From NCBI GenBank assembly GCA_013239625.1, contig MU053418.1, forward strand, positions 124,001-188,000: a stretch of DNA of 64,000 bases. Reading direction: 5' to 3'. This stretch comes from Lama guanicoe. Taxonomy: Eukaryota. The notes beneath the pieces are model-generated. The model saw nothing but the letters and a program-made list of their open reading frames with translations. It made no database searches and had not been told where the DNA came from. Below are positions 1 through 14,600 of this stretch, in pieces (position 1 is the first letter of the stretch; every line of letters begins with the position of its first letter). The position numbers and the translations under genes are program-made.

Positions 1-2480
1 TATAGCAGTCCAAGCTGACCAATAAAGAGCCCAAAAAGAAAACACACTTGACTGAAATTCTAATAAACAGTGATGAAAACAGGCATTAAAGCAACAAAGG
101 AACAACAAAAGACTAAACAAAAAAAAAGAAAGAAAAGAAAAGAAAAAATTGAAACAAAAAGTAAGTTCTGGAAAAAGAAGGTGGATTGTAAAATAATGTA
201 ATAAATAAAAATTTAAAAATAAAATTGTATGTATATATGATTGTAGTCTCTAAAGAGAAAAAAAAAGAAAATGGAATAAATCTAAAATTAAAAAACATAA
301 TCTAGGAAAACTGCCCAGAAATAAAAGAAGACCTAATCTACATGTTCAAAATGACCACCCTGAACCTGAAAAAACTGACCTGGAACAGTTCTCTTTAATA
401 CATACCTTAATAAAGCTACCAGATCTTAAAAATGAAGAAAAAGGCCTCTAGACAAGGATGAGGATGTTGGACAAAAAGACCAAGTCTCAACAAACAAACA
501 AAATATAGGTTTGGCAACAGACTTTGTCACCAGTAAACAAAGCAAAGCTAAGTGGAGCAACATTTTCAAGAAAAGGAATTGAGTGAGTCAAGGACTTTTA
601 CCCATTGTCTATTATCCTTTAAGGAGCAAGGCTATGGAAAAATGTAAACCAGTTTAGATATTCATGAAAATAGGTAATATTGTAATCACGAAACCTTCCA
701 GAAAAGGACAAACTTCAAGCAACCAAGACTTGACAGGAAAAGCTGGCAGAAAAACTGAGCAGTAAATACATTTAATTGTAGATCGGAAATCAAAACAAAG
801 ATAAGAACAAGGATAGAAGTATAAAATATAAATGCTACATGTTCTGGTGAAGCAGGAATAATGTAACTAGAAAAGCTACAGGAAACAGGAGAGAAAAAAC
901 AGGAAGTAAGAATAAGCTCAGAAACAGCCACATAACTAATCAGAGTCAAAGGATGTCAACTATAAGCTAAAAAACCAAATAAGAGTGTTAAAGGAAATGG
1001 GCAACTAAGGCCATTATATTAATATAAAAGTAATACTAGAGCAAAAGCATCAGAATTTCCTAATTGCCTCCATCCAAAAAGAACAAAGAAAAAAGACCAA
1101 ATAGAAAAATTCAGTAAATGTGATACCCCTTAAATGTAACAATAGGACAAAACTGAAACCTAACATACAAATCATATCAGTAAATATGAATAGGCTTAAC
1201 TCACCAATTAAATTTGGTTTTGATTTTCAAATTGAGTCATGGACAAGCCTAAAATCTCTGCTGTAAAGGGAAAACACACTTAAGAAAAATGGCACAAAAG
1301 GGCTAAAAACAAAGGGTGAACAGTATCATTCCAGACAAAAGGAAACAAGAAGGAAACAGAGGGGCAATCTTGTCACCAGGAAGGACAAAGAAACACTTAC
1401 AATGCTAAAATTCACAAATTCGAATGGAGAAATAACAGACCAAACAACCTTCATAGACCAGAACCCAGAGAAGTAAGGAAAAATAGAAACACACTAATAA
1501 GAAAAGTATTTCAAGACAAATCAAAGTAAAAAGTTAGTGGTATCAAACACACATATAATAACATGTATTATGAATCCATATCAAATTTTATAATATCAAA
1601 ACTTGTAATAGAGAATATACTTCCATCTCAAGAGTACATGAAACATTCACAAAAACTGATATAGATAACACACATAGGTAATAATGCAGTAAAACTAGCA
1701 ATTAATGGTCAAGAATGAGCTTCCATCTGGACCTGAGAAACAAACAACTCTCTAGTAAACTGCTCTTTGGTGAGAGGGAAAACACACACCAGACCTGACG
1801 AAGTTCCAGAACAAAAAACTAAAAAAAATATTACTTATGAGGATGTCTGGGATATGTGTACTGGTCAGAAGAAATTCCATAGCATTAGGTGTTTACATCA
1901 AGGGAAAAAAAAGAATGAAAACAAGTGAATTCTTAACTCAAAAAAAAAAAACCTAGAAAATGATAATAGTAATGTAAAAGAAAGTAGACAGCACAAAGAA
2001 GAAAATAAAAAAAATAAAAACTTTTTCTTCATTTTAAAGATCTAGTAATTTTATTAAGGTATGTCTTAGGACTGTTCCCAGGTATGTTTCCTCAGGTTCC
2101 TGGTGGTCCCTTCGAACATGCGAACATCTTCTTTTATTTCTGCACAGTTTTCTTAGATTAGAAGTTAATGAAACAGAAACAGAAAAATAGAACAAGTAAG
2201 TCAAAAGGCTGGTTCTTTGGAAAAATTCACAAAAGAGACAAATCGCTGGCTAACCTTATCAACAGAACAAGAGGGAGGAAACTCAACTACACAAAATAAG
2301 AAATAAGAAGCAATCATGGAAACGATGCATAAAAAGTTCTTAGGCTTTTTTTTTTAACTTGATTCAAATACATTTGAAAGAGAAGTAAATAATTTCCTAG
2401 GAAATACAACTTATCAAAATTTACTCTAGTAGAGACAAAATATACACAGAATAATTTCCACAGAAGAAGAAAATACCAAG
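1..2480 (+). mobile_element. Old, highly degenerate L1 ORF1/ORF2 fragments
   Basis: A-rich strand with L1 motifs (ggctggttctttggaaaaattcacaaaagagacaaatcgctggctaacc; aaatttcctaggaaatacaactta); no long ORF. Confidence 0.6.
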
Positions 2481-3284
2481 CTTGCCTGAGCAGTAAAATG
2501 AGCACCTCTAAATCTTTCATCTAGATTCACAGAATTTTAAACCCTTGCCACATGTGCTTTATCTTTTCTGTATAAATTCTTGACCATTAACTATTTTAGT
2601 TAAATACAAACATTATAACCCATTACTCCAAATATGTCAGCATTATATCTCCTAAGACTAAAGGCATAATCACACTCAAGAAAACCATACCCTGATTATA
2701 TATTGTCCACAATACAGTCCATTCAAAAAAAGCAGTATCTCTGAAAATATCAAGAGTGTTTTTCAGCTACATAGTTCCCCTCCTTTCACTGAAAAATCCT
2801 CCAAAATTAGAGGCATACCTATCATGAAGGTGGGTTTAATCAAAATTGTTTTCTTTAAAAAATGTCCACATACATTTTAGACTTTACTGATATATTGTTT
2901 GTTTTTTTCACTCTGCGTTTCCAAAATTCATCCACACTGTTGCATACGGCTATGTAATATACTGTAATTTACTAATTGATCCTATTTGATGGATAGTCTG
3001 GTTGATTCTAGTTTTTCTGTTATTATAAACAATATAGAGACAGACATTCTTCTCTACACCCCTGCTGAGTATTTGGAAGTGTCCCTAAAGCAGTGCTACT
3101 GAAAAGTGGGGCTTGCAAATTGCTGCCAGTCAACATAATGTAACAAGTAGATGACACGATAAATACAAAAACCGAGAGCAACCATTTAGAAATGTTCATA
3201 GCAATCACAAAATAGCTTCAGTGAGGTAAAGCTGATGAATCAAATGATTACAGTTAAACTATATAGCTCTGACATAATAATATA

Positions 3285-4265
3285 CACTAATGGATTTATT
3301 TCTGGGCTCTCTACTCTGATCCACTCCTCTATGTGTCTTTCCTAATGCTAAAACCACACTGTCTTATTTACCATAATTATAATAAGTCTTGAAATCAGGC
3401 ACTGTTATCCCTAAAACTTAGCTTTTATTTTTCAAAGTTGTTTTAGTTTTTCTGGCTCTTTGCACTTCTATATAAAGTTTAGAAATCAGCTAGGCAATTA
3501 CTCTATGGAAGTATGCTGGGAATTAAATTGAGATTGTTCTGAGTCTACAGATACTTTTAAGGAGAAAAACATATTGAGTCTATTGAGAACTCTCATACAT
3601 CAACATTTATCATGTATACATGAACAGGATGCGAGGCTCTCTCCATTTATTTAAGTATTCAATTTCTCTCTGCAATGGTATATAATTTTCAGTGAGGTCT
3701 TTCACATCTTTTGCCAGCCACATCTGCAAGAAAATATTTTTCATGCTATTGTAAATAAAACTTTTTAATTTTGCAATTTCCAGTCAATTACTGGTAGTAT
3801 ATAAAAATAAAACTGATTTTTGTATACTGATTTTTATCCTTCAACTGACACTCACATAAAAGTTCTAGCTTTTTTTGTGTGTGAGAATTCCATTGAATTT
3901 TCTACATAATCATGCTTTCTGTGAATAAACGCAGTTTCACTTCTTTTCCACAGTGGCCTCCTTTTCTTTTTCTTCCCTTCTTTTCCACAGTGGCCTCCTT
4001 TTCTTTTTCTTCCCTGATTACTTTAGCTACATTACATTATATTACTATGAGTGGAATCCTTGACTTGTTCCTGAACTGTTAAAAAACTATTCAATTTTTA
4101 AATATTAAGCACAATATTAACCGGTTTTCTATAAGATGCCCTTTATCAGATTAATGAAAGTCCCTTCTATTCTTCATTTGAGAGTTTTAATCAGGAATGA
4201 ATTCTGGGTTTTGTCAAATGCTTTTTATGTATATATTGAGATAATCATATAGGTTTTTATTTAGT
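3285..4265 (-). mobile_element. Old L1 ORF2 fragment
   Basis: Antisense ORF2 motifs (tctgggctctctactctgatcca; ttttgtcaaatgctttt). Confidence 0.75.
3941..4014. repeat. Perfect 2 x 37-bp tandem duplication
   Basis: TTCTTTTCCACAGTGGCCTCCTTTTCTTTTTCTTCCC at 3941-3977 and 3978-4014. Confidence 0.95.
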
Positions 4266-4274
4266 TTTGAAATA

Positions 4275-4604
4275 CAGGGCAGGGATGACTGCATAATTGA
4301 TGGGGGACAGTGCAAAATCAAAATGTGGGGCTGCTTACCCAAAAAATTATACCACAGTATAAAGGTATTAAAATTATGCTTTTCCTTTAAAATATTCTAT
4401 TACTTACAAAACATTATTAATAGGTACTACAGTGATAGAGGACTAACAATATAAACTTACAAACTGCAAAACAGACATTTCAAATTTCTGATATATTATT
4501 TCAAAACATAGACTTTAGACTACACAGAGATCAAAGCTCTTGAGAAACATTTTTCTAAAACTAACTCTTCAAAATAGTTACGTGTAAATCTGAATTTAAT
4601 TTTA
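4275..4604. mobile_element. Probable hAT-Tip100 (MER45-like) DNA transposon fragment, likely continuing after the L1 at ~7862-8340
   Basis: cagtgcaaaatcaaaatgtggggc resembles the recalled MER45 terminal region; sequence resumes across the L1 TSD. Confidence 0.4.
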
Positions 4605-7600
4605 TATATTAAAAGTTTTTTTTTCCTGAGATGAGAACTCAGGATTTATTTGTTATCTTGACAACTTACATAACATACAGCAGTTTTAATCATATTTATT
4701 ATATAGTACATTACATCCTGAGTATTTAGTTACCTTATAACTGGAAGTTTGTACCTTTTGACTGTCTTCATCCTTATTCCTCCCCCAACCCCCAATTTAG
4801 GAAACCACAAATTTCATCCCTTTTCCTACGAGTTTCTTTGTTTTGAAATATAATTGACCTACAACACTAAGTTCCTGTACACAACCTAGTGATTCAATAT
4901 TTTTATAAATTTCAAACTGATCAGGATGATAAGCCTAGTTACATTATACCACCATACAAAGATATTACATAGTTATTGACTATATTCCCCACAGTGTACA
5001 CTTCGTAACTGTGACTCATTTATTTTGCAACTGGAAGTTTGCACCTCAGTCTCCTCACTTATTTCTTTCTTCTATTTCCCTTCCGTCTAGCAAATACATC
5101 TTTTTCTATCTATATAACTGTTTCTATTTCATTTGTTCATTCGCTTTTTTAAAAATTCCAAATATAAATGAAATCATATGGCATTTGTTTTTTTCTCTCT
5201 GACTTATTTCACTAGGCATAATACCCTCCAGGTCCACCCATGTTGTTGCAGATGGCAAGATTTCATGTTTTATGGCTGAGTTAATATTCTGCTGTAGTGT
5301 ATATGTGTGTGTGTGTGCGCGTGCGCGCATCTGTCTATATATACCATATCTTCTTTGTCGACTCATTTATTGATAGGTACTTAGCTTGCCTTCATATCTT
5401 GGCTATTATAAATTATAATGCAATGAACACAGCGGTGCATGTATCTATTCAAATTAGTGTTTTCATTTTCTCTGGATAAATATCCAGAAGTAGAATTGCT
5501 GGATTATATGGTAGTTCTATTTTTAATTTTTTGAGTTATTTCCATATTGTTTTACACAATGGCTACACCAATTTACAATCCCACTAATAGTGCACAAGGA
5601 TTTCCTTTCTCCACATCCTCATCAACATTTGCTATTTGTTGTGTTTTTACTCATAGCCATTCTGACAGATATGAGGGGCTATGTCATTGTACTTTTGATT
5701 TGCATTTCCCTTACGATTAATGATATTGAGCATCTTTTCACATGCCTTTTGGCCATCTGTATGTCTTCTCTGGAACAATGTATGTTCAGTAGCTTGCCCA
5801 TTTTTAATTGGGTTGTTTGGGTTTTGATGTCAACTTGTATGAGTTCATTATATATTTTGGACATTAACTATCTGTCGAATATATGGCTTTCAAATCTCTT
5901 CTCCCATTCATTAGGTGGCCTTTTTGATAATGGTTTTCTTCACTGTGCAAAAGCTTTTTAGTTTGATGCAGTCCCATTTTTTCATTTTTGCTTTTGTTTC
6001 CCTTGCTTCAGGAGACTTATCCAAAAAAATATTAAGACTAACGTTAAAGTGAGTACTGCTTACATTTTCTTCTGTACTTGTAGGTCTTACATTTAAGTCT
6101 TTAATCCAGGTTGAATGTATTTTTGTGCATGGTGTGAAAACACAAGCAAGTCTGATAATTTTGAATATAGCTGTCCAGTTTTTTCAACACCACTTACTGA
6201 AGAGGCTCTCTCTTCCCCACTAGATATTCTTGCTTACTTTGTCACAGATTAATTGACCATAAATGTGGGTTCCTTTTTGAGCTCTCTATTCTATTGCACT
6301 GATGTATGTTTCTGTTTTTATGCCAGTACCATACTGTTTCAATTACTGTAGCTTAGGAGTACAGTTTGAAATCAGGGTGCATGATACCTTCAGCTTTGTG
6401 GGTTTTTTTCTTTTTTCAAGACTGTTTTGCCTATTTGGGGTCTTCTGTATTTCCATACAAATTTTAGAATTGTCTGTTCCAGCCCTGTGACAAATGCCAC
6501 CGGTATTGTGATAAGGATTGCACTGGATCTGTAGATTACTTTGGGCAGTACGGTCTCTTTAACAATATTAATTCTTCCAATCTGTTAGCACAGTATATCT
6601 TTCCATCTGTTTGCATGGTCTTCTATTTCTTTCATCAGTGTCTTATAGTTTCCTGAGTACAAGTCTTTTACCTCTTGGTTAGATTTACATCTAGGTATTT
6701 ATTCACTTTTGGTGCAATGATTTCCTTAATTCTTCTTTTTGATAGTCTGCTGTTAGTGTATAAAATGCAACAGATTTCTACTAATTTTGTATCCTACAAC
6801 TTCACCAAATTCATTGATGAGCTCTAGTAGTTTTCTGGTGGCACCTTTAGAATTTTCTATCTTTAGTATCATGTCATCTTCAGTGACAGGTTTTATTTCT
6901 TTCTTTCCAATTTGTCTTCCTTTTCCTTCTTTTTCTTGTCTGATTGCTGTGGTTAGGATTTTCAATATTATACTGAATAGAAGTGATGAGAGTGGGCATC
7001 CTTGTCTTGTTCCTGATCTTAAAGGAAATACTTTTAGATTTTCACCATTGAATATGTTAGCCATGGGCTCATCATTCATGGTCTTTAATATGTTAAGGTA
7101 TATTCAGTCTATACCCACTTTGTTGAGAGTTCTATTGTAAATGAATGTAGAATGTTAAACCTTTTCTACATCTGCTGAAATGATCATATTATTTTTATTG
7201 TCCAATTTATTAAAGTGCTATATCACATTGATTGATTTGCAAATACTGAAACATCCTTGCATTTCTGGAATAAACCCCACTTTATCATGAGGTAAGATCC
7301 TTTTAACATGCTTTGAATACAGTTTGCTAATATTTTGATGAGGACTTTTTTAAATCTATGTTGTTCAGTGATATTGGTGCATAATTTTCTTTCTTTTGTA
7401 ATATCTTTGCTTGTTTTTGGTATCAGAGTGCTGCTGGCCTCAGAATTAATTCAGAACCATTCTTTTCTCTATAATGTTTTGGGATATTTTGAGAAGGATA
7501 GGTGTTACATCTTCTCTAAATGTTTGGTAAAATTCACTTGTGAAGCCATCCAGTCCTATTGGGAGTTTTTAAATTTCATGATTCAATTTCGTTAATGGTA

Positions 7601-7847
7601 TTTGGTCTGTTTATATTTTCTTTTTTTTTATTAAACAGATTTTTTTTAACTTTGGGGGGATGTAATTTGGATTTTTAAAATTTATTTTTAATGGAGGTAC
7701 TGGGGATTGAACCAAGGACCTTGTACATGCTAAGCATGCACTCTACCACTAAGCTATACCTTCTCCCTATATTTTCTACTTCTTCCTGGTTCAGTCTTGT
7801 GGAAGTATACATTTTTAGGAATTTTTCCATTTTTTCTAGGTTGTCCA
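4605..7847 (-). mobile_element. 5'-truncated L1 (~3.2 kb) with TSD
   Basis: ORF2 peptide ANIFNGENLKVFPLRSGTRQGCPLSSLLF (ORF 6753-7079), L1 3' UTR, T-tail; 14-bp TSD TGAATTTAATTTTA at 4591-4604 and 7848-7861. Confidence 0.9.
7622..7767 (-). mobile_element. tRNA-derived SINE (camelid Vic-1-like)
   Basis: A-box/B-box head (GGTATAGCTTAGTGGTAGAG...GGTTCAATCCC), A-rich tail, TSD TATATTTTCT at 7612-7621 and 7768-7777; nested in an L1. Confidence 0.88.
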
Positions 7848-8564
7848 TGAATTTAATTTTAAATACAAATTTATACAATGCCATTTTAATGTTTCCTCTG
7901 ACATTTCTGTAATTTGTACAAGAAATCAAAAATGGCTTCATGACTTTGTATATAATTCAAAATGCCTGTTTATGTAATCCAATGATACATATTCAAATAG
8001 AAGAAAGTAATTTCAAAATTAACTTCATTGTTCATAGTTGGTTCATCCAAAATTACACCTGAAAATAATATTCTTTTTGATCAAATCTAATTTCTAAGAC
8101 TGCAATACAAGCTTTGCAACGTGGCAGAATTTTTCAAGACCAGAAAGTCTACACCCTGAAGAATCCTAGTACCTTCCTGGTATGCCTTAATGCACTGTCT
8201 AAGAGTATGCTTTTATCTTGTAATACCTTGTCAACTACAATTACAGCCTGAGTCCCAGACGTTGTAGTACCAGTACTTAACCTAGAAAGTTAATATTTTA
8301 TACAGGTGCCAAAGGGACAGGCTCAAGGGAAAACAAGCAAGCTGGCCTCCCAGTGTGGATTCCCTGTTGGATCTGCAACCATTGCACTGCTGCTGCTGGT
8401 TTTGCTGCAGCTGTCACCAAAGAGGACATGGGTCTTAGTCACCCACTAACTACTATAGGACATCAGATTGCACCAAGCAGCCAGACCAACAGCTTTGTGA
8501 GGACACTGCCTTTTGGTGTATCCTGTTTATTCATACATATGCTCCACTTCATGAGACTTCTCAT

Positions 8565-11500
8565 ACAAATCACTAATAGACCACAACAGAAATTCATTGG
8601 AAGGACTCAACAGTAGATTGAAGTTTATAGGAAGAATTAGTGAACTTGAAGATAAGTTAATTGACAAAATGCAATATAAACAACAGAGGGAGAAAGTGAT
8701 GGGGGTAGGGTGAGGAGAATGAACAAAGCCTCAAATAAATGCAGGACATCATTAATTGCACTAACATTCATAATGGGAGTAACAGGAGGGAAGGAAAAAG
8801 AGCAAGGAGCAGAAAAAAACAGTCAATAAAATGATACCAAAAATGTTGCAAATTTAAAGAAAAACATTAATCTTCAAATTCAACAAGAGAAACTCCAAGT
8901 GAGATAAATACAAAGATCCACACCAAGATGCATCATAGTAAAACTAATTAAAAAAAAAAGACAAAACCTCATAAGCATCAAGAGAAATACAACTATTAAC
9001 ATACCAGGGAACTCCAAGAAGATTAACACCTCACTTCTCATCCAAAACAACAGAGTCCAGGAGCTTGGATGACATATTCAATGTGCTAGGGGAAAAAAAT
9101 CTGCCAACCAAAGTAGCAGAAATATTCAAAACTGAAGATGATATAAATAAATCCACAGATTAAACTAAAATAAAGCAAAACCAAAAAACAATTGGAAAGA
9201 ATCCATTGTCAGTAGACTAGCCTTACAAGAAATAAATTCTTCAGACTGAAAGCAATGATCTCAGTCACTAGTTCAAATCCAGAAAGACTGCAGGTAAGAG
9301 TTACTATGTAATTTAAAAAAAACAGTATAAAGGCATATTTCTCTTCCTAACAACTTTACCAAGGCAATGAATAAACCAATATGTAACTGTACTGTATTGT
9401 TGGGCTGGTAACATATAAAAGTGTATTATATTTGATAATAAAGCACAATGAGACAGGAATAAAGCTATACTGTAGCAAGGAAATGACCCTGGATGGTAAC
9501 TTGAATCCACAGGAACAAATGAAATGAAGCAGAAATGGCAAGTAAGCAAGTAAATATAAGAAACTATAAATAGAGACTTGATATCCATTCTTACAGCAGT
9601 TCCTTTAGGCACATTAAATTACATAAAGCAATACTTATGACAATGTATTATTGGAATTTAAACATATACATGTACTAGATACAAAAGTAATACCATAAAA
9701 ATAGAGAAGAAAATGTAGAGCTATACATGAATAACAATTCTATATCTCACTGGTGGTAAGACAGTGTAAGTCAGTTCTGAAAAGTTAAGATTTATTAACT
9801 AAATCCTATAGCATCTACTAGGAAAATAATTTTTTAAGTAAAATGATCAATAAAGAAATTAAAATTCTACACTAAAATGTACTCACTTAATGAAAAAGAA
9901 GGCAGTAATAAAAGGAATACAGGATCAAAAAGGCACAAGACAGATAAACACCAAAAAAGTAAAATGGCAGGTGCACATTCAACTATACGGATAATAACAG
10001 ACACTTGAAATGTACTTAAAAATCCAATAAAAAGGCAGCAACTGCCAGACTGAAAAAAAATGTGAAAATCCAAACTCATGCTGTCTACAAGGGCTCTTTA
10101 TATTCAAAGCCACAAATAGGTTGAAAGTTTAAAAATAAAGATATAACAAGTACACGACATCCATAAGGCTGGGGTTGCTATACTAATATCAGACAAAATA
10201 CACTTCAACATAAAAATATTACTAGAGATAAGGAGGGACATTATGTAAAGAGTTAATTGATAGAGACATAAATCTAAGCAATATATGCTGTGAACAACAG
10301 TCTCAAAATGCATGAAGCAAATACTGACAGAACTGTAAGGTAAAATACACACATCAACAATAACTGGAGACGTTTATACCCCACGTTTAGTAATGGATAA
10401 AGCAACTGGGCAGACTATGAGGAAAAATCAAGAAAAAAAAGGCATGAATAATACTATAAAGCAACCAGAGCTAACATATACAAATACAAAACACTCAAAA
10501 ATTGCAGAATACACATTCTTTAAGAACACATGAAACATTTCCCAGAATAAATGTAAAAACATTCTCTCAGCATGTTGGAAGGAAATTACAAATCAGTAAT
10601 ACAAAAGAATTTTGAAAATTCACAAATGGGAGTGAACTAAATAATACATCCCTAAATAAAAAAAAAGAGTCAAAAAGCAATAAACAAGGGAAATAAGAGA
10701 AATACTTTGAGATGAGTAAAAATGAAGACAAAATATACCAAAATTATGAAGCACACATAAAGCAGTACTTACAGGGTAATTTATACCTGCAAATAAAAAT
10801 AAATAAATAAACCTTATTACCTACCCCTCCAAAACAAACAAGCAAGCAATCAAATCAATAAGCTAACCTTCTACCTTAGAACAATAGGGAAAAAAGGCAA
10901 TACAAATCCAAAACAAGCAAAAGGAGGGAAATCAGATTAGAGTAAAAATTAATGAAACAGAGAACAGAAAGAAAATAGATAATTATTTGAAAGATCAACA
11001 AAACTGACAAACCTCTAGTTAGACTTACATTGAAATAAGAGACAGAAGATTGAAATTACTAAAATTACAGATGAAAGATGATATATACACTAGGGATATA
11101 ATATACTAACATTATAAAACTACTATTTTATATGAAAACAAAAATAACAAGGAAACGTTATGAACAATTACATGCCAATAAATTAGATAAATTTAATGAA
11201 ATGCAAAAATTCCTAGAATAACAAAATTATAGAAACTGATTTAAGAATGAATTTTAAATCTTGAAAAAAGCTGTAGAAGCAACAACACTGAAACTGTCAT
11301 TTTAAAACTTTTCATTACAAAGCTCAGATTGAGATGGTTTCACTGGTGAACTGTACCAAACATTCAGAAAGGAATTAACACTAATTATTCAAAAACTCCT
11401 CCAAAAGATAGAAAAGAATACTTTCCAACTCATTCTATGAGCCCAATATCACCCTGCTTCCAAAATCAAACAGGAGACAACACAACTGGAGATTAATATC

Positions 11501-11660
11501 TAAGAATATTAAGATCAATATCTTATGAATATTGAAAACCCACAAATCTGCAACACAACACCATCAAATTTTATCCATATTAAAAGGATTATATACAATG
11601 ACAATGTGGAATTTGGTCCACTATTAATGCAAGGTGGGTTTATCATTTGAAAATGGTAAA
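8565..11660 (+). mobile_element. Old L1 (ORF1 to ORF2 RT region), degenerate
   Basis: gaattagtgaacttgaagataagt (ORF1), ctatactaatatcagacaaaatacacttc (endonuclease), ttcactggtgaactgtaccaaacatt (RT region). Confidence 0.8.
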
Positions 11661-11664
11661 TGAA

Positions 11665-14600
11665 CTGCAACTTTGTGCTTTCCTTCCGACTCGCTCCACC
11701 TGGAGGGGGCCTTCTTTGCATTCTCTCTCTGCCTCATTGCAACTCACGGTATCCTCTAGAAAGGAACTAGTACACACGTCTGGCACCCTGATTGCTGCCA
11801 CTGATACCACAAGAGACACCTCTAAGGTCTCCTGACTCTGGTGGCTAGCAGGACTTATACTTGTGGTCCCACAGAATTATATATTTGCATGCTTTGAAAG
11901 ATACTGTCTGAGAGTCTGGCTTCCAGTCAGCATTAATCTATATTCTGACTGAGATCCTCTGCTCTGGGACATTGACAGGTCTTGGAACAACCTCAAATAC
12001 TGGGAGACACTAAAAATAAATTAGGTTGTTTAGATAGTAAAGTTTTGAGAGACATCCAAGCGCTAAGGCAGGGCTAAAAGGTAAAGCATGTCTCTTACAT
12101 GAGGCAACTTCTTCAAGAGTGGGAAAGGTAGCTATTCTATCTAATGTAAAGAAAACATCACAGAGACTCAAGGAAAATTTTAAAAAAAAGAGGAATGTAT
12201 TACAAACAAAAAAGCAAGATAAAAAACCTCAGTCTTTGATGAAATGTAGATAAGTGATTACCTAATAAAAATTTTTTTTAAAAAAGTCATAAAGATGCTC
12301 ACCAAAATTTGGAGAAGAATGAATGAATACAGTGAGAACTTCAATGAAGAGACAGAAAATAGAAGAAAGCACCAAACAGAAATCACAGAGCTGAAGACTA
12401 CAATAACGGAACTGAAAAAATACACTAGAATAGTCCAACAGCAGACTGGATGAAGCAAAAAGAAAAGGTCAGTGGATTTGAAGATAGGGCAGTGGAACTC
12501 ATCCAATCAGAGCAACAAAAAGAAAAAAGAATGAAAAAAAGTGCCATAGCTTAAGAGACTCATGGGAAAACACTGAGCGGACCTACATTTGTAATACAGG
12601 AGTCCCAGAGAAAGAAGAGAGAGAGAAAAAGGCAGAAAACTTATTTAAAGAAATAATGCTTGAACTTTCTTAACCTGGGAAGGAAACAGACATCCATTTC
12701 CCAGAAGCACAGAGATTTAACAAGAAGACAAATTCAAACAGACTCACACAAGACCTATAACAATTAAAGTGTCAAAAGTTAAAGACATGGGAATCTTAAA
12801 AGTAGCAACAGAAAATTATGATACATATAAGGGAACCCTCATAAGATGACAGCATGTTTTTTAGCAGAAACTTTGCAAGTCAGAAGAGAGTGGTATGATA
12901 AATTCAAAGTGCTGAGAGAAAAACAAAATAAAAAACTGCTAATCAGGAATATTCTACTGAGCAAAGCTGTCATTCAGAACTGAAGGAGAAAGAGTTTTCC
13001 AGACAAGCAAAAGCTAAAGGAGTTCATCATCACTAGATCAGCCTTACAGGAATTTTAAAGGGACTTCTCTAAGCTGAAATGAAAGAACACAATTAGTAAC
13101 AGAAAAACATACATAAGTATAAATCTCACTGGTATAAGTAAATATATAATAAAATCCAGAATAATCTAATGCTGTAAAGATGGAAGGTTAATCACTTATA
13201 AATATAGTATGAAGGTTAAAAGACAAAAGTAGCAAAAATAACAATTACAATAATTAGTTAAGAGATACACAAGGAAAAAGATATAAAACATAAAATGTGG
13301 GGAGGGAGAATAAAAATGTACAGATTCAGAATGTGTTCAAATTTGTTGTCAACTTAAACTGTTATAAGGTACTAGAAGTAAGTTTCCATGTAATCACAAA
13401 GTAAAAACCTATGCTAGATACACAAAAAATAAAGAAAAAAAAATCAAAGGATAATAGAAAACTTTCAAGTCACAAAACAAGAGAGAAGAAAAACAAAACA
13501 GATAAATAACAAATAGTCAGAAAACAATTAACAAAATGGCAATAAGTACATATTAATCAATAATTTAAATACGAGTGGACTAAATTCTCTAGTCAAAAGA
13601 CACAGAATGGATAAAAGGATTAAAAAAAAAAGATCCATCCATCGGCTGCCTAGAGATGAACTTGAGATGTTAAGGATAAACACAGACAAAGTGAAGGGAT
13701 GCAAAAAGATATTCCATGCAAATGAAAACCAAAAGAAAGCTGGGGAACTTATCTCAGACAAAATAGACTCTAAGCAAAGACTATAGTAAGAGATAAAGAA
13801 AGTCATTACATAATGATACAGGGTTCAAACCAAAAGAGGATATAACATTTGTAAACATTTATGCACTCAATATCACAGCACCTAAATATATAAAGCAAAT
13901 TAACAGACTTAAAGGGAGAAGCTTATAGCAATAATAGCAGGGCACAATAACACCAGACTTTAGTTGATGGATAATCCAGACAGAAAATCAATATGGAAAC
14001 ACTGGTCTTAATCGACACATCAGATCAGGTTAATTTAATAGATAAACACAAAATATTCCACCCAAAAGCAACAGAACACATATTCTTTTCACAAGGAACA
14101 TTCTCCAAGATAGATCATGTGCTAGACTGCAAAGTAAGTCTTAATAAATTCAAGAAGCATCTTTTCCAACCACAATAACATAAAACAAACAAATTACAAG
14201 AAGAAAACTGCAAAAATTCACATATACATGAAGACTAAACAACATGCTAGTGAACAACCAATGAATGAATCAAAAAGAACTTGCAGAAAAAAAATGTAGC
14301 TATAATATACCAAACACATGGGATGCAGCAAAAGCAGTTCTCAGAGGGAAATTAATAGTGATAAAATGCTCACATTAAGAAAGAAACAAGAAAACTTTCA
14401 AATAAACAAACTAACTTTATAACTAAAGAAACCAGAAGAAGAGGAAGAAACAAAGCCCAAATTAGTAGAAAAGGAAATAACAAAAAAACTAGAGCAGATA
14501 TAAATGAAATAGGGACTAAAAATACAGCAAAAAAGACCAATGAAACTAAGAGCTGGTTCTTTGAAAAGATAAACAAAATTGAGAAACCTTTAGCTAGAGT

